A DNA stretch of 64,000 nucleotides from Escherichia coli (lineage in GTDB: Bacteria; Pseudomonadota; Gammaproteobacteria; Enterobacterales; Enterobacteriaceae): the NCBI RefSeq assembly GCF_003790525.1, contig NZ_CP033635.1. One strand, written 5' to 3'. This document shows positions 46,474 through 55,288 of the stretch, piece by piece. Numbering within the stretch: position 1 is the stretch's first letter; each line of letters begins with the position of its first letter. The notes beneath the pieces were generated by a model. That model did no database searches. It had not been told where the DNA came from and saw only the letters and a program-made list of their open reading frames with translations. Both the position numbers and the translations under genes were made by a program.

Positions 46474-47925
46474 TTAATGTGAGGTCTGCCGGCGCAGGAA
46501 GCGTCCCGCACGGCCTGTAATATGTTTATCGGGACCATAGCTCATAACGCCGTTCACCATCACCGCCTCAATGCCATCTGCCGGGCGTTTGGGATCAGAA
46601 AAGCTGGCAACATCACGAATGGTTTGTGGATCGAACAACACCAGGTCCGCAAAATAGCCAACTTTCACCAGCCCACGCTGGGGCAGGCGAAAACGGCTGG
46701 CAGAAAGCCCGGTCATTTTGTGGATAGCCGTGGTCAGTGGGAATAAGCCTTCATCACGGCAATAGTGGCCCAGCACGCGAGGGAAGGCGCCCCATAAACG
46801 TGGATGCGGCATGGGATCATTGGGCAGGCCGTCAGAGCCAATCATACTGACCGGATAACTCAACACTCGGCGGACGTCGCGCTCGTCCATGTTGTAATAG
46901 ATAGCCCCGGCAGGCATTAGCAGCTTCGCGGCCTCCAGCATACTCATCTGCCAGTCGATGGCGATTTGCGCCAGTGTTTTCCCGGCCTGCTGCGGATGTG
47001 TTTGTGACCAGGTGATCACAATATCGAATTCGTCGGTGACTTGTTTGAGATCCAGCGTTGAAGAGCTGGCTGAGTAAGGGTAGACATCGCAGCCAATTTC
47101 CTGGTGTTGACGCATTTGGTCAAAAAAGGCCAACGTTTCTTTTGTCCGCCCCCAGTTTTTCGCCCCGGCGCATTTATGGTGGGAAACCACGACAGGCACT
47201 TTGCCATGACGCCCAATACGAAACGCCTCATCCAGGGCATCGAGAATCGGTTCAAATTCAGAACGCAGATGGGTGGTATAAACGCCCTTCTCACCGGCTA
47301 ATTCTTCCGCCAGCGCCATGACTTCTTCGGTAGTCGCCTGAAATGCCGTTGCATAGGCCAGCCCGGAACTTAACCCCAGCGCCCCCTGACTCAACGCCAG
47401 ACGTAAGTCGGCACGCATAGCGGCAATTTCATCCACCGTCGCCGGGCGAAACAGGTCGTCCATATGGTTATTACGCAGCGCCGTATGACCAATCAGCGTG
47501 CCAACGTTCAGTGACGGCCTGGCTGCTTCCACTGCCTGGGCATAGCTTTCAACGGTAGGATAAATAAAGTGCTCTGCTTCCCCCAACAGATTCATCGGGT
47601 CAGGAACTTCACCTTTCATTTTCGCCGACGCCGCACTAATCCCGCAGTTACCGACAATCACCGTAGTGATCCCCTGGCTGATCTTTGGCAGATATTCCGG
47701 GATGCGAATAACGTTGATATCGTCATGGGTATGAACGTCGATAAACCCTGGTGCCAGCACCCGCCCTTCCCCGTCAATGACCTGCTGCGCCGTAACGTTA
47801 AGCGCAGGGGCAATATCGACAATCCGATCACCTGTTATTGCCACGTCACCGCGAAATTCAGGGCCGCCGCTACCGTCGATAACGGTCACATTTTTGATTA
47901 ACCAGTCAACCTGCATGTTCGTCAC
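46474..47925 (-). CDS. N-acyl-D-amino-acid deacylase (D-aminoacylase), amidohydrolase superfamily
   Basis: 483-aa ORF with N-terminal IKNVTVIDGSG...GFIDVHTHDD metal-binding motif typical of D-aminoacylases. Confidence 0.8.
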   Translation of the reverse strand: MTNMQVDWLIKNVTVIDGSGGPEFRGDVAITGDRIVDIAPALNVTAQQVIDGEGRVLAPGFIDVHTHDDINVIRIPEYLPKISQGITTVIVGNCGISAASAKMKGEVPDPMNLLGEAEHFIYPTVESYAQAVEAARPSLNVGTLIGHTALRNNHMDDLFRPATVDEIAAMRADLRLALSQGALGLSSGLAYATAFQATTEEVMALAEELAGEKGVYTTHLRSEFEPILDALDEAFRIGRHGKVPVVVSHHKCAGAKNWGRTKETLAFFDQMRQHQEIGCDVYPYSASSSTLDLKQVTDEFDIVITWSQTHPQQAGKTLAQIAIDWQMSMLEAAKLLMPAGAIYYNMDERDVRRVLSYPVSMIGSDGLPNDPMPHPRLWGAFPRVLGHYCRDEGLFPLTTAIHKMTGLSASRFRLPQRGLVKVGYFADLVLFDPQTIRDVASFSDPKRPADGIEAVMVNGVMSYGPDKHITGRAGRFLRRQTSH

Positions 47926-48116
47926 TCCATTTCTGCAATGGTGACAAGTTAACCATTTACAAGGACGAAAAACAGTGGAAAACTACGCAAAACCCAGATG
48001 ATTTTATGATACTTTTATTCATAAATAATAAGATAAATAAACTAAATATTTATATTTCATTTAGTTACAAATGATACTCACATCCGATACGGTGAAAAAC
48101 TTAAAAGGTAAATGTT

Positions 48117-49337
48117 ATGAAATACCACTCAGAACCTCTGGTTCCCCATAAATCTGCCCTGATGCAAATGCCCGCAAATCTCCTTGCCGAAGATGTCTGT
48201 TTACCTGCCGCGATCATTAAAAAGCAGGCCCTGGAGAACAACATTACGTGGATGCAACGCTACGCTGACGCGCGCGGCGTTTCACTGGCACCGCACGGTA
48301 AAACCACCATGACGCCGTGGATTTTTCAGGCGCAGCAGGCGGCTGGTGCCTGGGCAATAGGTGTCGGTAGCGCATGGCAGGCTGGTGCGGCAATGGCGAG
48401 CGGTATTCAGCGAGTGCTGATGGTTAACCAGCTGGTCGGCAAGGCGAATATGCAGTTGATTGCCCAGTTGCAACGACATTACCCGACGGTCGATTTTATC
48501 AGCTGTATCGACAGCATTGAGAACGCCCGCGCTTTGTCTGCCTTTTTTGCCAGTCAGCAACAGACACTGAACGTGATGATTGAGTTGGGTGTCCCCGGCG
48601 GGCGCTGTGGTTGCCGCTCAAGGGATGCCGCACTGACACTGGCTAAACAGGCAGCCCAATTACCGGGGTTACGCCTGCGGGGGCTTGAGTTATATGAAGG
48701 CGTTTTACACGGTGACGATCCACAACCGCAGGTAGAAGCTCTGCTGCGGGATGCCGCACAACTGGCCTGTGATATGGCAAGTCTGGTTGATGGCGAGTTT
48801 ATTCTCACCGGAGCAGGCACGGTCTGGTATGACGTGGTGTGCAATATCTGGCTGGCGGCAGAAAAGCCTGATAACTGCCGCATTGTTATTCGCCCTGGCT
48901 GCTACATCACTCACGACACCGGGATCTACGACGCGGCACAACAACAGTTGCTTGCCCGTGATCCTGTGGCTTGCGATCTGGCAGGCGATCTCACATCTGC
49001 ACTGGAACTGGTCGCCATGGTGCAATCGGTGCCGGAAGCTGATCGTGCGGTGGTTAATTTTGGTAAGCGTGATTGCGCCTTCGACGCCGGACTGCCGCAA
49101 CCAGTCGCCCACTATCGCAACGGCAAATCACTGGCATTTGATCCACAGGCGATTCGCAGTACAGGCATTATGGATCAGCACTGCATGTTGCAGTTGGGTG
49201 CCGACAGCGACGTGCAAGTGGGGGATATTCTGGTGTTTGGCACATCGCATCCGTGCCTGACCTTCGACAAATGGAAAACGTTGTTATTGACTGATGACGA
49301 CTACAACGTACTGGCAGAATTAGACACTCTCTTCTAA
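48117..49337 (+). CDS. DSD1-family PLP enzyme (alanine racemase N-terminal fold; D-serine dehydratase / D-threonine aldolase-like)
   Basis: 406-aa ORF with probable PLP-lysine motif LAPHGKTT; RBS AAGG upstream of ATG; divergent from the aminoacylase gene. Confidence 0.72.
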   Translation: MKYHSEPLVPHKSALMQMPANLLAEDVCLPAAIIKKQALENNITWMQRYADARGVSLAPHGKTTMTPWIFQAQQAAGAWAIGVGSAWQAGAAMASGIQRVLMVNQLVGKANMQLIAQLQRHYPTVDFISCIDSIENARALSAFFASQQQTLNVMIELGVPGGRCGCRSRDAALTLAKQAAQLPGLRLRGLELYEGVLHGDDPQPQVEALLRDAAQLACDMASLVDGEFILTGAGTVWYDVVCNIWLAAEKPDNCRIVIRPGCYITHDTGIYDAAQQQLLARDPVACDLAGDLTSALELVAMVQSVPEADRAVVNFGKRDCAFDAGLPQPVAHYRNGKSLAFDPQAIRSTGIMDQHCMLQLGADSDVQVGDILVFGTSHPCLTFDKWKTLLLTDDDYNVLAELDTLF

Positions 49338-49341
49338 GAAC

Positions 49342-49377
49342 GCCCCTTCGGTTAATTATCGAAGGGGCATTTTTATT
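49342..49377 (+). terminator. Rho-independent terminator after the DSD1-family gene
   Basis: GCCCCTTCG-loop-CGAAGGGGC hairpin followed by ATTTTTATT. Confidence 0.6.
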
Positions 49378-49395
49378 GTGATCTCAATCACATAT
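49374..49395. promoter_or_regulatory. CRP binding site in btsT promoter
   Basis: TATTGTGATCTCAATCACATAT with perfect TGTGA-N6-TCACA core. Confidence 0.6.
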
Positions 49396-49420
49396 CCACC
49401 CGACGAATAATTCTTGCCCA

Positions 49421-49448
49421 ACCGCTCACCGCCATTCCTGACCGCTTA
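49421..49448. promoter_or_regulatory. BtsR (YehT, LytTR-family) direct-repeat binding motif in btsT promoter
   Basis: Direct repeat ACCGCTCA ... ACCGCTTA with 12-bp spacer upstream of btsT. Confidence 0.55.
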
Positions 49449-49604
49449 CATCCCTAAAATAACCACTCAGTTATTTACCTTACTTTACGCGCGCGTAACT
49501 CTGGCAACATCACTGCAGGATAGCGGTCAATTTACCTCCTCAAACGCAACGCAAACCTAGAACGGCTTCGGCCAACTATTAATCAATACATGCCAGGTTT
49601 TACT

Positions 49605-51755
49605 ATGGATACTAAAAAGATATTCAAGCACATACCCTGGGTGATTCTCGGAATCATCGGTGCATTCTGCCTCGCGGTAGTTGCATTACGTCGGGGGGAG
49701 CACGTCAGTGCCCTGTGGATCGTGGTCGCCTCTGTGTCGGTGTATCTGGTGGCTTATCGCTACTACAGTCTGTACATCGCCCAGAAGGTGATGAAACTCG
49801 ACCCCACGCGCGCGACGCCTGCGGTTATTAACAACGACGGTCTGAACTATGTTCCGACCAACCGTTACGTGTTGTTTGGTCACCACTTCGCCGCTATCGC
49901 CGGTGCTGGTCCGCTGGTTGGTCCGGTTCTCGCCGCGCAGATGGGCTACCTGCCTGGCACGCTGTGGCTGCTGGCGGGGGTAGTGCTGGCCGGTGCGGTA
50001 CAGGACTTTATGGTGCTGTTTATCTCCTCTCGCCGTAACGGCGCATCTCTCGGTGAGATGATCAAAGAAGAGATGGGACCAGTACCGGGGACTATCGCGC
50101 TGTTTGGCTGTTTCTTAATCATGATCATCATCCTTGCCGTCCTGGCGCTGATTGTGGTTAAAGCCCTGGCCGAAAGTCCGTGGGGTGTCTTCACCGTTTG
50201 CTCAACCGTACCGATTGCGCTGTTTATGGGTATCTACATGCGCTTTATTCGTCCGGGGCGTGTGGGTGAAGTCTCTGTCATTGGTATCGTGCTGCTGGTT
50301 GCCTCTATCTACTTCGGTGGCGTGATTGCTCACGATCCGTACTGGGGTCCGGCACTGACCTTTAAAGACACCACCATTACCTTCGCGCTGATTGGCTATG
50401 CGTTTGTTTCCGCACTGCTGCCAGTGTGGCTGATCCTCGCACCGCGCGACTATCTGGCAACCTTCCTGAAAATCGGCGTTATCGTCGGCCTGGCGCTGGG
50501 TATCGTGGTGCTGAACCCGGAACTGAAAATGCCTGCGATGACCCAGTACATTGACGGTACTGGCCCGCTGTGGAAAGGCGCTCTGTTCCCGTTCCTGTTC
50601 ATCACCATCGCCTGTGGTGCGGTATCTGGCTTCCACGCGCTGATCTCTTCCGGTACGACGCCGAAACTGCTGGCTAACGAAACCGACGCGCGTTTCATTG
50701 GCTACGGCGCAATGCTGATGGAGTCCTTCGTGGCGATTATGGCGCTGGTTGCTGCGTCCATCATCGAACCGGGTCTTTACTTCGCGATGAACACCCCGCC
50801 TGCTGGCCTTGGCATCACCATGCCTAACCTGCATGAAATGGGTGGCGAGAACGCGCCGATCATCATGGCGCAGCTGAAAGACGTTACCGCACACGCGGCA
50901 GCGACCGTCAGCTCCTGGGGCTTCGTGATTTCGCCAGAGCAGATCCTGCAAACAGCGAAAGATATTGGTGAGCCTTCTGTCCTGAACCGTGCAGGTGGTG
51001 CGCCGACGCTGGCGGTAGGTATCGCTCACGTGTTCCACAAAGTGCTGCCGATGGCTGACATGGGCTTCTGGTATCACTTCGGTATTCTGTTCGAAGCCCT
51101 GTTCATCCTGACCGCGCTGGATGCGGGTACCCGTTCTGGCCGCTTTATGCTGCAAGACCTGCTGGGTAACTTCATCCCGTTCCTGAAAAAAACCGACTCT
51201 CTGGTTGCCGGTATCATCGGTACTGCGGGCTGTGTGGGTCTGTGGGGGTACCTGCTGTATCAGGGCGTGGTCGATCCGCTGGGCGGCGTTAAGAGCCTGT
51301 GGCCGCTGTTCGGTATCTCCAACCAGATGCTGGCAGCCGTAGCGCTGGTACTGGGCACCGTTGTGCTGATTAAGATGAAGCGCACCCAATACATCTGGGT
51401 AACTGTTGTTCCGGCTGTATGGCTGCTTATCTGCACCACCTGGGCGCTGGGCCTGAAACTGTTCAGCACCAACCCGCAGATGGAAGGCTTCTTCTACATG
51501 GCAAGCCAGTACAAAGAGAAGATTGCTAACGGTACTGACCTGACGGCACAGCAGATTGCCAACATGAACCACATCGTTGTGAACAACTACACCAACGCGG
51601 GCCTGAGTATTCTGTTCCTGATTGTGGTGTACAGCATCATCTTCTACGGTTTCAAAACCTGGCTGAAGGTGCGTAACAGCGACAAACGTACTGACAAAGA
51701 AACTCCGTACGTTCCAATCCCGGAAGGCGGCGTGAAGATCTCTTCGCACCACTAA
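49605..51755 (+). CDS. btsT: Pyruvate/H+ symporter BtsT (YjiY), CstA family
   Basis: ORF track 49590..51755; conserved start MDTKKIFKHIPWVILGIIGAFCLAVVAL. Confidence 0.95.
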   Translation: MDTKKIFKHIPWVILGIIGAFCLAVVALRRGEHVSALWIVVASVSVYLVAYRYYSLYIAQKVMKLDPTRATPAVINNDGLNYVPTNRYVLFGHHFAAIAGAGPLVGPVLAAQMGYLPGTLWLLAGVVLAGAVQDFMVLFISSRRNGASLGEMIKEEMGPVPGTIALFGCFLIMIIILAVLALIVVKALAESPWGVFTVCSTVPIALFMGIYMRFIRPGRVGEVSVIGIVLLVASIYFGGVIAHDPYWGPALTFKDTTITFALIGYAFVSALLPVWLILAPRDYLATFLKIGVIVGLALGIVVLNPELKMPAMTQYIDGTGPLWKGALFPFLFITIACGAVSGFHALISSGTTPKLLANETDARFIGYGAMLMESFVAIMALVAASIIEPGLYFAMNTPPAGLGITMPNLHEMGGENAPIIMAQLKDVTAHAAATVSSWGFVISPEQILQTAKDIGEPSVLNRAGGAPTLAVGIAHVFHKVLPMADMGFWYHFGILFEALFILTALDAGTRSGRFMLQDLLGNFIPFLKKTDSLVAGIIGTAGCVGLWGYLLYQGVVDPLGGVKSLWPLFGISNQMLAAVALVLGTVVLIKMKRTQYIWVTVVPAVWLLICTTWALGLKLFSTNPQMEGFFYMASQYKEKIANGTDLTAQQIANMNHIVVNNYTNAGLSILFLIVVYSIIFYGFKTWLKVRNSDKRTDKETPYVPIPEGGVKISSHH

Positions 51756-51763
51756 CCGTGTTT

Positions 51764-51792
51764 AGCCCCGCTTCGGCGGGGCTTTGTTCTTA
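51764..51792 (+). terminator. Hairpin terminator after btsT
   Basis: GCCCCGC-TTCG-GCGGGGC followed by TTTGTTCTT. Confidence 0.5.
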
Positions 51793-51804
51793 TCAGAGTG
51801 AACT

Positions 51805-52008
51805 ATGTTTGGTAACTTAGGACAGGCAAAAAAATATCTCGGCCAGGCGGCGAAGATGTTGATTGGCATTCCAGACTACGACAACTACGTCGAGCATATG
51901 AAGACCAACCATCCCGACAAGCCGTACATGAGCTATGAAGAATTCTTCCGCGAACGCCAGAACGCGCGCTACGGCGGCGATGGTAAAGGCGGTATGCGCT
52001 GTTGTTAA
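51805..52008 (+). CDS. yjiX: Small protein YjiX (YbdD/YjiX family, DUF466)
   Basis: 67-aa [61 protein letters not shown]. Confidence 0.85.
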
Positions 52009-52018
52009 TGGAGAGAGC

Positions 52019-52975
52019 ATGAACCCGATTGCAGTTACCCTACTCACCGGTTTTTTAGGCGCGGGCAAAACCACCCTGCTGCGCCATATTCTTAATGAAC
52101 AGCACGGCTACAAAATTGCCGTGATTGAAAACGAATTCGGCGAAGTCTCCGTTGATGATCAACTGATTGGCGATCGCGCCACGCAGATCAAAACGCTGAC
52201 CAACGGCTGCATCTGTTGTTCGCGCTCCAACGAGCTGGAGGACGCGCTACTCGACCTGCTGGATAATCTCGACAAGGGCAATATTCAGTTCGACCGTCTG
52301 GTCATTGAATGCACAGGCATGGCCGATCCCGGCCCGATTATTCAGACCTTTTTCTCCCATGAGATTTTATGCCAGCGTTACCTGCTGGACGGCGTGATTG
52401 CGCTGGTGGATGCGGTACATGCCGATGAGCAGATGAACCAGTTCACCATCGCCCAGTCACAGGTTGGCTACGCCGACCGTATTCTGCTGACTAAAACCGA
52501 CGTCGCAGGTGAAGCAGAAAAACTGCGCGAACGCCTGGCACGCATCAACGCCCGCGCACCGGTCTACACCGTCACCCACGGCGACATCGACCTGGGCCTG
52601 TTGTTCAACACCAACGGTTTTATGCTGGAAGAAAACGTCGTCAGCACCAAACCGCGTTTCCACTTTATCGCGGATAAACAAAACGATATTTCGTCGATTG
52701 TGGTGGAACTGGATTACCCGGTAGATATCAGCGAAGTTTCCCGCGTGATGGAAAACCTGCTGCTGGAATCGGCGGATAAACTGCTGCGTTACAAAGGGAT
52801 GCTGTGGATTGACGGCGAACCTAACCGCCTGCTGTTCCAGGGTGTCCAGCGCCTCTACAGCGCCGACTGGGACAGGCCATGGGGCGATGAAAAACCGCAT
52901 AGCACGATGGTGTTTATCGGGATTCAGCTGCCGGAGGAAGAGATTCGGGCGGCGTTTGCGGGGTTAAGGAAGTAA
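52019..52975 (+). CDS. yjiA: CobW/HypB-family GTPase YjiA
   Basis: ORF track 51935..52975; conserved start MNPIAVTLLTGFLGAGKTTLLRHIL (P-loop) and CxCC motif GCICCS. Confidence 0.9.
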   Translation: MNPIAVTLLTGFLGAGKTTLLRHILNEQHGYKIAVIENEFGEVSVDDQLIGDRATQIKTLTNGCICCSRSNELEDALLDLLDNLDKGNIQFDRLVIECTGMADPGPIIQTFFSHEILCQRYLLDGVIALVDAVHADEQMNQFTIAQSQVGYADRILLTKTDVAGEAEKLRERLARINARAPVYTVTHGDIDLGLLFNTNGFMLEENVVSTKPRFHFIADKQNDISSIVVELDYPVDISEVSRVMENLLLESADKLLRYKGMLWIDGEPNRLLFQGVQRLYSADWDRPWGDEKPHSTMVFIGIQLPEEEIRAAFAGLRK

Positions 52976-53305
52976 TACCCTTAACCTACTAATACGAAGC
53001 GGACGAGGATAAAACCCTATCATTTTCCGTTCGCTTCACTATTTTATTTCGTTCCAACACCCATTAAAATTAAAAATATAATTCTGCCATAATTTCCTGA
53101 ACACAGATGTAATTACATTGCCACCACTCATACTTTTAAAAATAATTTATATGATAGACGTCCTATTGAGGCGTAATAGATGTATTAATTTCCAAATACG
53201 CAAACATTCTGGTACAGTCCAAAAAAGAAAAATCATCAACCAAAACAATCAGCAAATAAATTAACAACGATTGAATCATAATCAACACGAATACAAGAGA
53301 TTAAC

Positions 53306-55156
53306 ATGGCAACAATAATCCCAACAATCAGTAGCTGCAACGATAAAATTACTGCCGGAGAGAAAAGGCTGGCAAGAATTCTGGAAAGAGGACTAGGCGA
53401 AGAGTGCTGCTGTTGGTATGACATTCCCACGGGTGATAAGCATCTTCACCCAGATTTTATGATACTTTCGCCAGAAAAAGGCATTATTTTTCTCGAGGTA
53501 AAAGATTGGTTTATTACAAAAATAAAAAAAGCCAACAAGTCTAATGTGTTGTATGAGACACAAAATGGTATTCAATCTTTAAAGAATCCGATAGAACAAG
53601 TTAGGCGATATGCTTTCGAAGCTGTAAACCAGTTAAAAAAAGACCCCCTATTGTGCCAACAGGATGATCGTTACAATGGCAATCTTCTTTTCCCCTATGG
53701 ATATGGCGTCTACTTTAGTAATATTACACGAGAAGCATTAAATAATAAATTTACTCAAGAAGAGCTGCTCGGGATCTTCCCATCAGATCTCATCATCTGC
53801 AAAGACGAAATAAATGAATTCATGTCAAAAGAGGATGTTTCATCCAAAATACATTCGTTGATTAAATATGACTTCAAATGTCATGCTACACAAGAACAGT
53901 TGAACAGGATTAGATGGCACTTATACCCCGATGTCAGAATAGAAAGGGAAAAGAGAAGTAAAAACCGTGATGAATTTAGTGTCGATGCACCAACCATCAT
54001 TTCTATCCTGGATACTCAACAGGAACAACTTGCCAGAAGTATGAGAGATGGCCACCGGATCATTCATGGTGTTGCAGGTTCAGGGAAGACATTGATCCTC
54101 TATCATCGCTGTCAGGAATTAGCGAAAAAAAATGACAGCGAAAAGCCAATTCTTGTCATTTGCTACAATATTACTTTAGCCAAAAAACTTCGGTCGATGT
54201 TCATCAATCATCCCTTTGCAGAGAAAATAAAGGTTAAAAATTTTCATGCTTGGTGTTTCCAACAAATTAAAGAAAACAAGATCACTATTCCAGAAGGGGA
54301 TAATATTTTTGAAAATATGGAGCTAGCGTTGACTGATGGTTTCAAGACAGGAAAAATAAAACCAGAACAATACAGCGCTGTATTAATTGATGAAGGACAT
54401 GATTTTAAGCCAGAATGGTTAAAAATCCTGGCAAAAATGACTGACTCTCAGGACGAGAATTTGCTATTCCTTTATGATGATGCTCAGTCAATTTACCAAA
54501 AAAAGAAAGCATTAGACTTTACACTGTCCAGCGTAGATATTAAAGCGACAGGACGCACAACCATTCTTAATATAAATTATAGAAACACACAGCAAATCCT
54601 ACACTTTGCCAGTTGCATTGCATTTAATTATCTTAATAGCCATATCGATAGTTCTTTAACCTATCATAAACCTGCTGCGGGAGGAATGAATGGCGATTAT
54701 CCCAACCTTGAACATTTCGACACACAGGACGAAGAAATAGCACGAGCAGTCGAATGGATTACAGAGCAAAATGAACAAGGGATTCCGTGGTCTGAAATTG
54801 CTATACTAAGTCCATCAACTCACACCCTTTCTAACTCTCTAAGCTCTGTACTTGAATCGAAAAACATCCCCTTTAATCTTATTGTAAGCTCTGCAGATAA
54901 AAAGTCCTGGACGCCAGAACAAGAGCGTATTTCTGTTATGCCATTACCCAGCAGTAAAGGACTTGAGTTTCACTCAGTTGTCATTATTGATGCAGCGAGA
55001 ACACGGGATAATAGCGATGATTTGAGTGAGGATATAAAGAGACTCTATGTAGGTTTTACCCGAGCACGTTGCAATCTCTTGGTAACCTTGCACGGTGAAG
55101 GTGCGTTAAATGAGCATCTACTAAAAACCTATGAGCAAAGCCCACAATATATGTAA
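53306..55156 (+). CDS. NERD (PD-(D/E)xK-like nuclease) domain fused to SF1 UvrD-like helicase/ATPase, 616 aa; candidate single-gene defence protein
   Basis: N-terminal HPDFMILSPEKGIIFLEVKDW (D..E.K nuclease-like core); Walker A GVAGSGKT (aa 255-262), Walker B LIDEGHDF, motif VI-like VGFTRAR; gene is low-GC and sits where K-12 has mrr-hsdRMS. Confidence 0.8.
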   Translation: MATIIPTISSCNDKITAGEKRLARILERGLGEECCCWYDIPTGDKHLHPDFMILSPEKGIIFLEVKDWFITKIKKANKSNVLYETQNGIQSLKNPIEQVRRYAFEAVNQLKKDPLLCQQDDRYNGNLLFPYGYGVYFSNITREALNNKFTQEELLGIFPSDLIICKDEINEFMSKEDVSSKIHSLIKYDFKCHATQEQLNRIRWHLYPDVRIEREKRSKNRDEFSVDAPTIISILDTQQEQLARSMRDGHRIIHGVAGSGKTLILYHRCQELAKKNDSEKPILVICYNITLAKKLRSMFINHPFAEKIKVKNFHAWCFQQIKENKITIPEGDNIFENMELALTDGFKTGKIKPEQYSAVLIDEGHDFKPEWLKILAKMTDSQDENLLFLYDDAQSIYQKKKALDFTLSSVDIKATGRTTILNINYRNTQQILHFASCIAFNYLNSHIDSSLTYHKPAAGGMNGDYPNLEHFDTQDEEIARAVEWITEQNEQGIPWSEIAILSPSTHTLSNSLSSVLESKNIPFNLIVSSADKKSWTPEQERISVMPLPSSKGLEFHSVVIIDAARTRDNSDDLSEDIKRLYVGFTRARCNLLVTLHGEGALNEHLLKTYEQSPQYM

Positions 55157-55174
55157 AAATGATAAATTATCTCC

Positions 55175-55206
55175 ATAACGCCCGGTAACGCTGTACCGGG
55201 CGTTAT
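55175..55206 (+). terminator. Stem-loop downstream of the NERD-helicase gene (possible terminator; no clear T-run)
   Basis: 13-bp perfect inverted repeat ATAACGCCCGGTA ... TACCGGGCGTTAT with 6-nt loop. Confidence 0.4.
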
Positions 55207-55288
55207 GAATGTATATCTAAGATATTAGTCACGCCTGATAGCCGCTACCAAAAACGCCATCATCTCCCTCTCATCTTTGCTGTGATAA

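Noticed and set aside
43464-49604. Metabolic island considered as a mobile genomic island or prophage remnant
   Set aside because: No integrase, transposase, phage structural gene or flanking direct repeats seen; GC content looks host-like; more consistent with an ancestral operon lost in K-12 than with a mobile element.
50202-51752. 516-aa minus-strand ORF spanning most of btsT
   Set aside because: Lies antisense to a confidently identified conserved gene (BtsT/CstA family), has a low-complexity Arg/His/Gln-rich translation and no recognisable domain; a typical stop-free antisense frame in GC-rich coding DNA.
53236-53430. 64-aa minus-strand ORF overlapping the start of the NERD-helicase gene
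   Set aside because: Overlaps the promoter and 5' end of a much better supported gene on the opposite strand; no RBS or motif; likely spurious.
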